Positions 11,422 through 22,600 are shown, counted from the stretch's first letter. The stretch is DNA of 64,000 bases from Pedosphaera sp. (GCA_009695205.1 SIBK01000010.1:9670-73669), one strand, 5' to 3'. The notes: generated from the letters alone by a model not told the origin. Numbers and translations: made by a program.

Positions 11422-12102
11422 CTACGAACGCCGGAACTGATCCAGCTCAATACGATCTGCCGTAAGGCGACGGACCAACCCCTGTTGCTCTTCGATACGC
11501 TGGTTTGCATCCATAACCACAAAACCAAACTCGGTGCTCATCGACAGGTATTGCTCGAAAATTCGACCCTGGAAAAGCCGAAAGCTTTCGTACGGATCCG
11601 CTGACAACCCCAGGTCCATCCCCGCTTCGTGATGTTTCAACGCAGGTCGGTTATCCAGAATCCGAGCCAGCGACACTTCGAGCGGGGCTTTGAAGAAGAA
11701 CGTCAAATCCGGGAGCGCCGCGAAGTCGTACATGCCGCGAACCCATTCGGCTGGACATCCACGCACGACATCACGGGCAAACGCCGTGAAAATGTACCGG
11801 TCGCAGAGCACGAGGTACCCGGCCTTCAACAGGGGCAGCAGCTGCCGTTCATAGCGGTCCGCGAAATCCGTGGCATGAATCAAACTAAACGTGGTCGGCG
11901 TCAGCAGATTCTGCTTCTTTCCCTTGCTCGTGGCGCTCTTGACGATCTCCGAGGAGTTCCACTCGGAAAAAAACACTTTTAAATTGCGCGCCTCCAACCA
12001 TCGCTTCAACAAATGAACCTGCGTGGATTTTCCCGACCCATCGAGGCCCTCAACCGCCAGGAGCCGACCCGGCAGCCCCAGTTCCGCAAATGTCTTTCGC
12101 AC
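11422..12102 (-). CDS. tmk: dTMP (thymidylate) kinase
   Basis: P-loop AVEGLDGSGKSTQ near the N-terminus. Start is uncertain. GTG at 12102 gives a normal short N-terminus. ATG at 12207 would overlap the divergent mfd start by 21 nt. Confidence 0.8.
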   Translation of the reverse strand: MRKTFAELGLPGRLLAVEGLDGSGKSTQVHLLKRWLEARNLKVFFSEWNSSEIVKSATSKGKKQNLLTPTTFSLIHATDFADRYERQLLPLLKAGYLVLCDRYIFTAFARDVVRGCPAEWVRGMYDFAALPDLTFFFKAPLEVSLARILDNRPALKHHEAGMDLGLSADPYESFRLFQGRIFEQYLSMSTEFGFVVMDANQRIEEQQGLVRRLTADRIELDQFRRS

Positions 12103-12186
12103 GCACCGAACGTAGGAACCCCAGTCACTAAAACAAGAAGGAAGCCAAAGCCTGTTCCGAACACGACACCGCACTCCTCTTAAAAT

Positions 12187-15100
12187 TTGAAACCGATCTC
12201 CGAGCATCGCAACGGCACGGATGTGCTCTTTGATTCCATCTTGACGTCCGCCGCCGCGAACGCCTTCGCTCAGCGGCTACGGCCGGGGAAATCATTCTCG
12301 TTGGGGAATCTCAACAGCGCCGCCCATCCATTCATCGCCGCGCTGCTGCGACGCCAGTTTCCGATCCGGCCAATTCTACTCATCACTCCGGATCTCAAGT
12401 CCCAGGAATCGTTCCACGCCGACCTCGCTACTTGGCTCCAGGCAGCCGATCTCAAGACTGCGCCGCTCTTTTTTCCACCCTGGGATATTCTTCCCGGAGA
12501 AGACAAGTTGCCTCACTCGGATGTCATCAGTGAACGGCTGGAAACTCTCGCGGGCCTCTGGCTTGCCACCACGCCCGGCGAGTCTAGCGCGCTGGCTCCC
12601 GTCGTCGTCACCTCCGTAACCGCTTTGATGCAGCGCACGTTCGCGCCGGAAGAACTTCAGCGGCGCACTCGCAAATTGCTGCTGGGCGATTCTCTGAATC
12701 CACTCGACCTCATCGAGTGGTTGGAGGAACAGGGCTATGAACCCGAGGCCCAAGTCGGTAGCAAGGGTGAAATCGCTTGGCGAGGGGGCATTGTCGACGT
12801 CTGGCCGCTCTCCTCCCCATGGCCGCTCCGCCTGGAGTTTTTCGGCGATACGCTGGATTCAATCCGTGAGTTCGATCCTCACGCCCAGACATCGCGAGAA
12901 ACCGTGGATCAAGCGATCCTCCCCCCCGCCGGCGAACTGGCCCTCCTCCGACGACCCCATCCGGACGCCGAATCCAGCTCGAATCTGCCTCCTTCCGCTC
13001 CGGGCACATTGCTGGATCATTTGCCGCCAGGGTCGATCCTCCTTTTGTCCGAACCGGACACTGTCATCCAGGCCGCGCTTCACCTCCAACAGCAGGTCGC
13101 CCCAGGCACTCCCTTTTTTACTTCCTGGAACGACCTCCTGAGCGCCGCTGTCTCTCGGGGATTGATCACGTGCTCCCTAACGGAACTGCCGGAGGAACCC
13201 GACCCCAACCCCAACTCGAGCACCGAGCCGTTCCCGCTCCCGCCGATGCTGTCGCTGGACTCCTACCGCCCCATAGGCTCCACACTCCCCGCCCCCGCCC
13301 TTGCCGAGGTCCAGCGGCGTGATTTCTTCGGTCAACTCAACCGCTGGCTCCGCCAGGGTCAGGACATCCGGGTCTTCTGCAACAATGAGGGCGAACAACA
13401 ACGACTCCAGGAAATCTGGCTCGAATACGGCCTCGACCAGACCGTGGGCAACGAAAATCGCACGTCGCCCCCCGCTCTCCACTCGGTCTTGGGCTCGCTT
13501 TCACGCGGATTTCTCTGCCCATCCGCCCGCCAAGTGGTCGTCACCGATGCGGAGATTTTTGGCCGCTATAAGATCAACAGGCCACGTCGCCTAAAATCAC
13601 GTCATGCCGCCTCAGTCCGATCCGTGTTTGACATCGATTTCTCGGACTTCGAAGAGGGCGATTTCGTCGTCCATTTGGAGCACGGCGTTGGGCGCTACGC
13701 CGGCCTAAAGGTGCTGCCTCCGTCCAAATCCCGCAACGCTGCCGCCCAGGGCGACGGTCAGGAATGCCTCGTCCTTGAATTCGCCCCACGGGAGCCCGGA
13801 GGAGAGGCTCCCCGCCTCTTCGTGCCCGTCTCCGAGGCACACCTGATTAGCAAATACGTCGGAGCCGGCAAGGCGCGCCCACAGCTCAATACGCTGGGCG
13901 GCACTCGCTGGGCCAAAGCGCGTGAACATGCCGAAGTCGCGGTCCGCGATCTCGCGAGTCAACTGCTCCAAGTTCAAGCCGCACGTACCTCGCATGCCGG
14001 TTACGCGTTTCCTTCCGATGCCCCCTGGCAGAGAGAATTTGAAGGCTCGTTTCTTTTTGAAGAGACCCCCGATCAATTCAAAGCCATTGAGGCCACCAAG
14101 CGGGACATGGAAAACGTAAGACCCATGGATCGCCTCATCTGCGGAGATGTTGGTTTCGGAAAGACAGAGGTGGCGCTGCGGGCCGTATTCAAGGCCGTGC
14201 TCGCCGGAAAACAGGTCGCCATCCTCGTGCCAACCACCGTCCTCGCCCAACAACACTACCAGAATTTTCGGGAACGCATGGCCGAGTATCCCGTTCGTAT
14301 CGAAGTGCTCTCGCGGCTCAGGAAACCCGCCCAAATCCGCGAAACAATCGACGGCATCGCTGCCGGCCACGTCGACGTCGTCATCGGCACCCACCGCCTT
14401 ATTCAGGCCGACGTCGTCTTCAAGGACCTGGGCTTGGTCGTCGTCGACGAAGAACAAAAGTTTGGTGTCCGCCATAAGGAACAATTCAAGTGGATGCGCC
14501 AGACCGTCGATGTCATCACCCTGAGCGCCACGCCCATCCCCCGGACGCTCTATCTCGCACTGACCGGAGCTCGCGATATGAGCACTCTCGAGACGCCCCC
14601 TCAAGACCGCCTGCCCATCGAAACGATCGTGGGCAACTACGACGAACGCGTGATTCGGGACGCCATCATTCGGGAGATGAATCGCGGCGGGCAAATTTAC
14701 TTCCTCCACAATCGCGTCGCCACCATTGAAAATATGGGTGTGCGCCTCAAGGCGCTCGTTCCCGACGCGCGCATCCTGATCGGACACGGCCAGATGGCAG
14801 CCACAGAACTGGAACAGGTGATGACGCAATTCGTCAGCGGCGACGCCGACGTTTTATTGTGCACCACCATTATTGAAAGCGGCCTCGATATTCCCAATGC
14901 CAATACGATCATAATTGACCGGGCGGATCGGTTTGGATTGAGCGAACTGTATCAACTCCGCGGCCGTGTTGGGCGTTACAAGCACCAGGCTTTCGCCTAC
15001 CTCATGCTTCCCCGACACGCCCGATTGTTGACCGAAGCTCGTAAGAGGATGAGTGCCATCAAGCAATACTCCAGCCTCGGAAGTGGGTTCCGGATCGCCC

Positions 15101-15807
15101 TGCGCGATCTCGAACTGCGCGGTGCGGGAAATCTGCTGGGACCTCAGCAAAGTGGGCACATTACCGCCGTCGGTTTCGATCTCTACTGCCAGCTTCTCGC
15201 CCGAAGCGTTTCCGCTCTGAAGGGCGAACTCACCCAACCCAAGAATACGACACGGCTCCGCCTCGATTTCCTCGCCATGAATCCGGGTGAGGAAAGTCAA
15301 TCAAACGCCTCCAAAGCCTCCTCGCGACTCGGCGCAATCGCCAAACCTCGGATCGAAATCGAAATCCCCCGCGAGATTCCTGTATATTTCTCGGAGGAAT
15401 CGGAGAGCCGATCCAAGCCACCTGCCGACACCGATCGAGAGTCGATGCAATGCCTCGCACCCACATACCTTCCGCTCGATTATATACGCGAAGCGGGCCA
15501 ACGTGTGGCCATCTATCGGAAGTTCGCCCAGATTGCCGATGCCCCCATGCTGAAGGATCTGGAGAAGGAACTCCGGGATCGTTTTGGCCCGCTGCCCCCT
15601 GCCGTGGATCGCCTCCTCGTCTGCGCCGACCTCCGTCTCCTCGCTGCCGCTCGAGGTATCTCGTCTCTCGAAGTGGTTGATGGCAAAGTGAAGATCACAC
15701 GCAATGGTGAACTCATCACTCTCAACGGACAATTTCCTCGCCTAACCAGGAAGGAATCTAAGGCGCGTCTTAACGAGTTGAAGAAACTACTGCTGTCAAT
15801 CGTTTGA
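12187..15807 (+). CDS. mfd: transcription-repair coupling factor
   Basis: 1206 aa. CarD-like region (FEEGDFVVHLEHGVGRY), SF2 helicase motifs GDVGFGKTEVA and DEEQKFGV, and a C-terminal TRCF domain. TTG start at 12187 is uncertain (GTG at 12223 is an alternative). Confidence 0.9.
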   Translation: MKPISEHRNGTDVLFDSILTSAAANAFAQRLRPGKSFSLGNLNSAAHPFIAALLRRQFPIRPILLITPDLKSQESFHADLATWLQAADLKTAPLFFPPWDILPGEDKLPHSDVISERLETLAGLWLATTPGESSALAPVVVTSVTALMQRTFAPEELQRRTRKLLLGDSLNPLDLIEWLEEQGYEPEAQVGSKGEIAWRGGIVDVWPLSSPWPLRLEFFGDTLDSIREFDPHAQTSRETVDQAILPPAGELALLRRPHPDAESSSNLPPSAPGTLLDHLPPGSILLLSEPDTVIQAALHLQQQVAPGTPFFTSWNDLLSAAVSRGLITCSLTELPEEPDPNPNSSTEPFPLPPMLSLDSYRPIGSTLPAPALAEVQRRDFFGQLNRWLRQGQDIRVFCNNEGEQQRLQEIWLEYGLDQTVGNENRTSPPALHSVLGSLSRGFLCPSARQVVVTDAEIFGRYKINRPRRLKSRHAASVRSVFDIDFSDFEEGDFVVHLEHGVGRYAGLKVLPPSKSRNAAAQGDGQECLVLEFAPREPGGEAPRLFVPVSEAHLISKYVGAGKARPQLNTLGGTRWAKAREHAEVAVRDLASQLLQVQAARTSHAGYAFPSDAPWQREFEGSFLFEETPDQFKAIEATKRDMENVRPMDRLICGDVGFGKTEVALRAVFKAVLAGKQVAILVPTTVLAQQHYQNFRERMAEYPVRIEVLSRLRKPAQIRETIDGIAAGHVDVVIGTHRLIQADVVFKDLGLVVVDEEQKFGVRHKEQFKWMRQTVDVITLSATPIPRTLYLALTGARDMSTLETPPQDRLPIETIVGNYDERVIRDAIIREMNRGGQIYFLHNRVATIENMGVRLKALVPDARILIGHGQMAATELEQVMTQFVSGDADVLLCTTIIESGLDIPNANTIIIDRADRFGLSELYQLRGRVGRYKHQAFAYLMLPRHARLLTEARKRMSAIKQYSSLGSGFRIALRDLELRGAGNLLGPQQSGHITAVGFDLYCQLLARSVSALKGELTQPKNTTRLRLDFLAMNPGEESQSNASKASSRLGAIAKPRIEIEIPREIPVYFSEESESRSKPPADTDRESMQCLAPTYLPLDYIREAGQRVAIYRKFAQIADAPMLKDLEKELRDRFGPLPPAVDRLLVCADLRLLAAARGISSLEVVDGKVKITRNGELITLNGQFPRLTRKESKARLNELKKLLLSIV

Positions 15808-15888
15808 TCCCGATGCGTTACGGAATCCGAATCTCGCAAATGAAGGTTTGCTCCGGAAGTTCTGCGGAGCACACTCTGCCGGATTGTC

Positions 15889-16722
15889 ATGAACAACGCG
15901 TCCCCCCCTGTTGAGCCAAGAACGGCGGGAACCCATCGGCCGACGGCGGCGGTCGATTTTTCCAAGCCGGTGGTGCGTCCCAAGAAGTCCGCATGGAATC
16001 TATTCCGTGACGTGCTCGAACATGGTGGACCGGGCTATCTGCAGTTCGCCATTACAAACGTTTGCAACGCGGACTGCGGTTTCTGCGGGTTCGCGCGCTC
16101 GACATTTGATCCCAAGGCGCGACGCAGCGTGACTCTAAAAGAAGCGCAAGACGTCGTGGACATTGCGGTCAAGAATCACATTGGCTACCTGCTCTTTGTC
16201 GGCGGCGAACCCATGGTACATCGCGACCTCCGCGCCATGACACGCTACGCGGCTGAGCGCGGCGTGCGTCCGATGATTTGCACCAATGGCGGTTTGTGGA
16301 CCGAGCAGAACATGCGCGGCCTGGCGGACGACGGTTTAAGCAGCGTCATCATGTCCATTGACGCGCACGACATCGCCAAGCACGAGAGCAACCGCGGTTT
16401 ACCAGACGTGTGTCGAAAGATCAAAAAGGCGAACGCATTTTTTCGCGACGCGGGCATCCAGACGACCGCAAGTATCACCGCCAGCCGGTTGATCGAGGAT
16501 TTTGACAAGCTGCCCGCGTTTCTCGAAACGCTCGGCTTCACGAGTTGCACGTTCAGTTACCCCCTAACATCGCTGGCCAGCAGCTATCTTAGCTTCAGCG
16601 ACAGTGGGTTGGTGAATTTCTCCAATGCGGAACTCATTGAGCTCTTTGAGAAGATCAAACGCATGAAGCAGCGGAGCAGCTTCCCCGTGGTGAACCCGAC
16701 TGAATCGCTCGATGAGATGTAG
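15889..16722 (+). CDS. radical SAM protein, core domain (ends at an in-frame TAG)
   Basis: CX3CX2C cluster motif ITNVCNADCGFCGF followed by a TIM-barrel-like core. Terminates at TAG 16720-16722, but the frame stays open and protein-like immediately afterwards. Confidence 0.75.
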   Translation: MNNASPPVEPRTAGTHRPTAAVDFSKPVVRPKKSAWNLFRDVLEHGGPGYLQFAITNVCNADCGFCGFARSTFDPKARRSVTLKEAQDVVDIAVKNHIGYLLFVGGEPMVHRDLRAMTRYAAERGVRPMICTNGGLWTEQNMRGLADDGLSSVIMSIDAHDIAKHESNRGLPDVCRKIKKANAFFRDAGIQTTASITASRLIEDFDKLPAFLETLGFTSCTFSYPLTSLASSYLSFSDSGLVNFSNAELIELFEKIKRMKQRSSFPVVNPTESLDEM

Positions 16723-16830
16723 CGTCACCTCCGCAAGGAGCCCGAAAAGTTCCCCTGCCTCGGCGGGCATAAATATTTTTACCTTGATTGGAACCTGAAC
16801 CTATACCGTTGCCACTTCTGGGAAACGCCC

Positions 16831-17070
16831 ATGTGCAATGTGTATGAATGGGATGACTCCAAGCTCATCCGCGACGGCTGCACGCGCTGCATGATCGACT
16901 GCTACCGTGATCCGAGCGTGCTTCAGCGAGTGGCCATCAACGCCAGTGACGCCTGGCAGGCCACGAAGAAGGGCCAGTTACTCACCGCCGCCAGGCACGT
17001 CTTCGATTCTCGCAACCTGACTTCGCTCAAGGCGGTTTGGGAAGACCGTAAGTGGATTGGTTGCGTATAG
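16831..17070 (+). CDS. Cys-rich C-terminal (SPASM/twitch-like) part of the same radical SAM protein
   Basis: Same reading frame as 15889..16722. The 36 codons between them (16723-16830) contain no stop and read RHLRKEPEKFPCLGGHKYFYLDWNLNLYRCHFWETP. Motif GCTRCMIDCY follows. Confidence 0.6.
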   Translation: MCNVYEWDDSKLIRDGCTRCMIDCYRDPSVLQRVAINASDAWQATKKGQLLTAARHVFDSRNLTSLKAVWEDRKWIGCV

Positions 17071-17091
17071 AATCGCTCGCAATGCCAATTC

Positions 17092-18105
17092 ATTGTAAAC
17101 TCGAACATACCCACCCAGTTCAAAGACTATCACGCCTCGCTTGGCGTCTCGCGCAATGCCAGTGCGGACGAGATTAAGAAGGCCTTCCGGAATCTGGCCC
17201 GCAAGCACCATCCCGACATCGCCAAGGACAAGAAGCTTGCGGAGGAGAAGTTTAAGGAGATCAACGAGCCCAACGAGGTGCTCCGGGATCCCGAGAAACG
17301 CAAGAAATACGACCAATTAGGCGCGCGCTGGCGCGAGGCGGGCGACTTTCAGTCAACTCAAGAAAGACACGGCCGAGCGCAAGGAGCGGAGGAAAGCGGC
17401 CAGGGATTTCATTTCGGTGGCACGGGTTTTAGTGACTTTTTCGAGCAATATTTCAGCGCCGGCAGTCGCTACGGTTTCCCGCAGGACATGGACGAGGAGG
17501 TTTCTGCCAGTACGGCCAAAAAGGGGAACCCACGCCGTGGTCATGACATCGAGGGTGATGTTCTCGTCACGTTGGCGGAAGTGATGCATAGCACGATTCG
17601 TTCCATCTCGCTCCAAACGGTGAATCGCCAAACCGGTGAGGTGCAGACGCATTCCTTTCAGGTCCGCATCCCGCCCGGAGCCACGGATGGACGCCGGATT
17701 CGCGTGCCTGGCCAGGGTGAACCCGGACGCAACGGCGGCGAAGCGGGCGATCTTTACCTGCGCGTACGCCACGCAGCGCATCCAGACTTCACGACGCGCG
17801 AGGCGGATCTCTATCACGAACTCGACGCCGCGCCGTGGGAGGCCGTGCTCGGCGCGGAGATTGTCGTTCCCACGCTCGAAGGCACGCTTAAGCTGCGGGT
17901 CCCTGCCGGCACCGAGAACGGGCAGACGCTTCGAGTGCGCGGGCGCGGCCTGCTGAAAGGCAAGACCGGTGAGCGGGGCGATTTCTTTGTGACTCTCCGC
18001 GTTGTCCTCCCCACCAAGATCAGCGAGTCCGAACGCGCGCTCTGGGAGCAATTGCGCAGCGCCTCCACCTTCCATCCCCGCAACGCCAACTCCTCCGCAT
18101 CATGA
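17092..18105 (+). CDS. cbpA: curved-DNA-binding J-domain co-chaperone (DnaJ class without zinc finger)
   Basis: J domain KDYHASLGVSRNASADEIKKAFRNLARKHHPDIAKD is encoded at 17119-17277, upstream of the first canonical start (GTG 17278). G/F-rich linker and two C-terminal beta domains follow. No CxxCxGxG zinc finger. The 5' end is unresolved: ATT 17092 or ATA 17107 are the only near-cognate starts after TAG 17068. Confidence 0.75.
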   Translation: MVNSNIPTQFKDYHASLGVSRNASADEIKKAFRNLARKHHPDIAKDKKLAEEKFKEINEPNEVLRDPEKRKKYDQLGARWREAGDFQSTQERHGRAQGAEESGQGFHFGGTGFSDFFEQYFSAGSRYGFPQDMDEEVSASTAKKGNPRRGHDIEGDVLVTLAEVMHSTIRSISLQTVNRQTGEVQTHSFQVRIPPGATDGRRIRVPGQGEPGRNGGEAGDLYLRVRHAAHPDFTTREADLYHELDAAPWEAVLGAEIVVPTLEGTLKLRVPAGTENGQTLRVRGRGLLKGKTGERGDFFVTLRVVLPTKISESERALWEQLRSASTFHPRNANSSAS

Positions 18106-18425
18106 TTCCCGCCTCACGACCTGACGATACCAGTCCGCCGGTAATCGAATCGATGGCCGACGTCACGTTCACGCTGGAAATCCTCACGGAACTCTCCGGC
18201 ATCTCCTCGCAAACCATCCTGTTTTACCGGGAGCATGGGCTCATTGCCACGGTCCCTGAGGGAGATTCAAGCGCGCCGAAATTCAACGAGGAATCGCTGC
18301 GCGCCCTCCGTCGGATTGAACATCTGCGCGACACCTTCGAAATGAACATCGCCGGCCTAAAACGCCTGACGAGTCTAATGGAAGAGGTCGAAAGCCTTCG
18401 CGCCGAACTCCGCGCGAGGCGATAA
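18102..18425 (+). CDS. cbpM: MerR-like chaperone modulator
   Basis: 107 aa. ATG overlaps the cbpA stop (ATGA). Size, MerR-type HTH (LTELSGISSQTILFYREHGLI) and position directly after cbpA match CbpM. Alternative start is ATG 18153. Confidence 0.7.
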   Translation: MIPASRPDDTSPPVIESMADVTFTLEILTELSGISSQTILFYREHGLIATVPEGDSSAPKFNEESLRALRRIEHLRDTFEMNIAGLKRLTSLMEEVESLRAELRARR

Positions 18426-18459
18426 GACAACGCGAAGCGCCTTGGACTCAAGCAGCCGG

Positions 18460-19376
18460 TTATTTATGTACGACCCTGAAATACTCACCGGGCTGGATCG
18501 TTGGAATCGAGACGGGCGAAACCGTGGCGAAATCGGCCCAGTTCAACGGAGAAAGGGTCGTTGCGCGTTGGAGCTTGTAACTCGGGGACCAGAAGAGCTT
18601 GAGGGGTTGCGCTGATACAAAGGGCTCGAACTTGACAAGAGGTTGTTCCGGGGCCGTGCCTTCCTTGGCAACCAGCTTGCCTTTGAAAAAGAGTTTGAAT
18701 TCGACATCCAGACCACTGGTCTTAGTCACAAACCTGAAGGAGGCATCCACCGGAATGTTGAGGACGCCTCCCGAAAGTGTGCCCGCCACACTGACCCCAT
18801 TCGTGAGTAATCCGCCGAGCACCTTGCTTCCCTTGGCCTTGGCAGGGCCCGAGATCGCGAAATCAACGACCCCATTCTGGGTCTCCAAAAACTGGTAGTT
18901 GATCGCTCCCGCCGGAAACGTCTCGCCGACGATCGCAAGCGGCTGGCTGGTCACATCGAACGAAATCCTTCGTCTCGCGACGTCGGCAGCGGCGGCGAAG
19001 GGTAAGCTGAAGAGGACAATGACTCCTGACGCTGTCCCTCGATAACTGGCTGGTGCCGTTCCATCGACACCTGCAAGGCCCGGCTTATATGAATGATTCT
19101 CAAGCGCCGCCAGTTGATTGCCGCCGAGGAACTGGATCTTTCCGCCGTCCACGTTCGCAATCAGCGTCCGCCGTAGAAATCCGTCAAACTGCCTGGCGAC
19201 TGTTCCTTCAAATCAAAGGTTTGACCACTGACAGACACCGAACCGGACAGTGTGACACTGGTCAGATTCGTATCAACGAGGTACGTGACAGGCGCTGCTT
19301 TCAGGAGCGAAGACGAGCTCAGCGCGGCCGACAAAGTGCAGGCGGCTAGCAGTTGGTGAATCAATGTCGTTTTCAT
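18460..19376 (-). pseudogene. secreted hypothetical protein split by a 1-nt frameshift
   Basis: ORF 19161..19427 carries the signal peptide (MKTTLIHQLLAACTLSAALS) and ends ..DFYGGR*. The -1 frame continues TLIANVDGGKIQF.. into ORF 18460..19152. The junction is near 19165-19168. Confidence 0.5.
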
Positions 19377-19601
19377 AGTTGGGTTGCGCAATCGGATGGA
19401 TGAAACACGTCCAACCATCTCGATCACTCCGGCAACCTACCAAATCCTCGGAGGTTGGGACAGCAAAACCACCCTATCCGCTTCACCGCGAATTGTCCAA
19501 TCCCACCCGCATCTTGGTGACCGAACTGGAAGAAGCTGGCAGGTGGATGAAAGCGATTTCAATGGCTGAATCCCTCCGGCGAATGGTTTGATTTGATCTA
19601 C

Positions 19602-22600
19602 ATGACGTTGCGTGCGGTCAATATTGCGAGGCTGCTTTGCGGGTTGGCCGTCCCATTGTTCCTTTTGGACGCCGCAGCCCGGGCGGTGGTCATCAGTGAG
19701 ATTTTTTATGACCCACCGGATCCCACGCGGGCGGAGGAGTTTATCGAATTGCAAAACACCGATTCAAAATCCATCGACATTTCGGAGTGGGCATTGGACG
19801 GCGGAGTTCAATTCCTGTTCCCTGCCGGATCCACGGTCGACGCAGGGGGCTTTGCGGTCGTTGCACGGGACCCAATCGCATTTGCCAAACGGTTCGGTTT
19901 TCGCCCGTTTGGCCCCTGGATTGGACACCTACGCAAGAATGGCGAGGAGATCCAAATTCGAAACGAGACGGGTACGGTGGTCAACACGATGCAATTTGGG
20001 GCCGGATTCCCGTGGCCCACGGCGGCCCGGGGCGCGGGTGCTTCGATCGAGTTGATCAACCCAATCCTTGATAACACCGCGCCCGGCGCCTGGCGAAGTT
20101 CACAACCCGGCGCTGTGGCGCAGCCCAAGGTTTTTGTTCCGGAGTCGAGTTCAGATTGGCACTACCGCAAGGGGACGACGGAAGCCTCAAATCCTCTCTC
20201 CTCATGGAGGACCGCGTCCTTTGTCGAGGACGCAAGCTGGCTTGCGGGAAAGACCTCGATTGGATATGGGGACGACGACGACAACACCCCCTTGGCGGAC
20301 ATGCAGTCGAACTATTCGAGCCTGTTCCTGAGACATCGCATCGAGATCTCACCCGGAGCGATACCTGACCTGTTACTCCTGCGGGTGCGTGTGGATGACG
20401 GGTGTGTCGTTTGGCTGAATGGCGTTGAAGTCGCGCGATTGCACGTCCCGGCCGGAAACCTTCCGTTCAATGCCTTTGGACAGGATCACGAGGCGGCGGC
20501 GACTTTCGAAGAGATCTTACTCACGAACGGAAAAACTCTCCTCCACACCGGCGCCAACCTTCTCGCCATCCACGCCTTCAATGTCACTTTGTCATCCAGC
20601 GATCTAACCATTGACGCCGAATTGCGAACACCCGGGATCACGACGGCTTTTTCCAATCCAACCCCCGGGGCTACAAACTCCGCGTTCACGGCCAATCCGC
20701 CTCCGTTGATCTCGGAGGTGCACCACGCCCCACAACAGCCCAGTGCCGGCTCAACCGTTGTCGTTACTGCTCACGTTGCAGATCGTGCGGAGGTCGCGGA
20801 GGTGATGCTCCGGGTGCAAGCAGTCGATCCCGGCGCCTACGTTCGGTTGAAGGACGAACTCTATCAAACGCGCTGGGAAGATATACCCATGCATGATGAC
20901 GGACTGAATGGCGATCCCGTGTCTCGGGATGGCGTGTATACGGCGGTCCTCCCTGCGTCGTTCCAGGTGCACCGCCGTTTGATTCGCTACCGGGTGGTTG
21001 CGCGCAATGCCGCAGGCACGAGCCTGACGGTGCCGTACGCCGATGATGGGTGCCCGAATTTTGCGTGGTTCACCTACAACGGTCCGCCGGAATGGAGAGG
21101 GGCAAACCGTCCTGGCGCGGCAGGAACCAATGGGGCTGTGATTTCCTTTCCCACGACCGTTCTGAATTCGCTGCCCATCTATCAACTCATCGCCAATGCA
21201 TCCGACGTGACCCGGAGTCAGTATGATTCGAGCGCGAACAACGTGAGAATGCGCGGGACGCTCGTCTATGATGGAGTGGTGTACGATCACATACAGTTCA
21301 ACAATCGCGGCGAAGCGTCGACGTACGTGAGCGGGAAAAACAAGTGGCGCTTTCATTTCAATCGTGCCCGAGCCTTTGCCGCCCGCGATGCATGGGATCG
21401 GCCCTATCGTGAGGGTTGGGACACCCTCAATCTGAACGGCTGCTCCAGTCCTTGGGCAGCGGTGAACCGCGGAATGGCAGGACTCGATGAGGCAATATCC
21501 TTCCGTGTCTATCAGCTTCTGGGAAATCCGGCGTCTCACACACATCACGTTCATTTCCGGATTGTCGAGAATACCGCCGAGTCTTCCTCCACCAGTCAAT
21601 ATGTCGGAGACTTATGGGGTCTATACCTTGCGGTTGAGCAGCCGGACGGCGCGTTTCTGGATGAACACGGGCTACCCGATGGCAACATCTATAAATTGGA
21701 AGGCGGCCCCGACAAGAAGCATCAATCTGCCACGCAGGCGACCAATAGCACTGATTGGAATACATTTGCGGCGCGCTCCGGAAGCACTCAACCGGAGGCC
21801 TGGTGGCGTACAAACTTCGATCTGACCGCCTACTACAACTTCCATCTTGGAAACCGGATCGTCGGAAATATCGACCTGCGCGAAGACTTCAATCACTACT
21901 TCTACCATCGCCCCGACGGCCACTGGGTCCCAATACCCTGGGATCTGGACATGCAGTTTATTCCCAAGTCTCATTTGAGTGGAACCATCGTTCAGCGGGC
22001 CTGCCTTAGCACCCCAAGCCTGCGCACCGAATTTCGGAATCGCGCCCGGGAAATACTGGATCTTCTTCTCACCGATGTCTCGCCAAAGGGAGGCCAGATT
22101 GGGCAGTTGATCGATGAAACCGCCGGCTTCGTCCGAAATCCAGCCGGAGGCCGTGGCTGGCCGGAACTCGATCAATACCTTTGGAATTGGAATCCTCGGA
22201 CCGCGGGCGACGGTTCCTCAACGGGCCAGACCAGTCACAAGGGAAATTTCTTTCGCACGCCCTTCAATGATTTGCGAATTGGAGGCTCCTGGGTTCGCAC
22301 ACTCGCCTCCAGCGATTTCGCGGGCTTCCTCGGCTATCTCCTGGAGTATTGCACAGACCGTTTTCCGGGGGTCACGTGGTCGGTCAACAACGGGCAGCAA
22401 AAGGGGTACGGCTTCAACTACGTACAACTGGAATCGCGAGATGCCGATGTCCCCACCCGACCCGTAATCTCGTCGGTCGGATCTCCCCATTTCGCCCTCG
22501 GTGACCTGCGGTTCCGCTGCTCGGACTTCACGGATCCTCAGGGACCCGGCACCTTCGCTGCCATCCAGTGGCGGATCGCTGAGATCGCCGCACCCGGTTT

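Noticed and set aside
13705-14829. Long antisense or shadow ORFs inside large genes (for example 13705..14829 opposite mfd, 30853..31956 opposite the amidohydrolase, 58662..59600 opposite the cyclase, 20751..21599 opposite CotH)
   Set aside because: This is typical of GC-rich DNA. The translations are Arg/Gly/His-rich with no motifs, and each lies fully inside a well-supported gene on the other strand.
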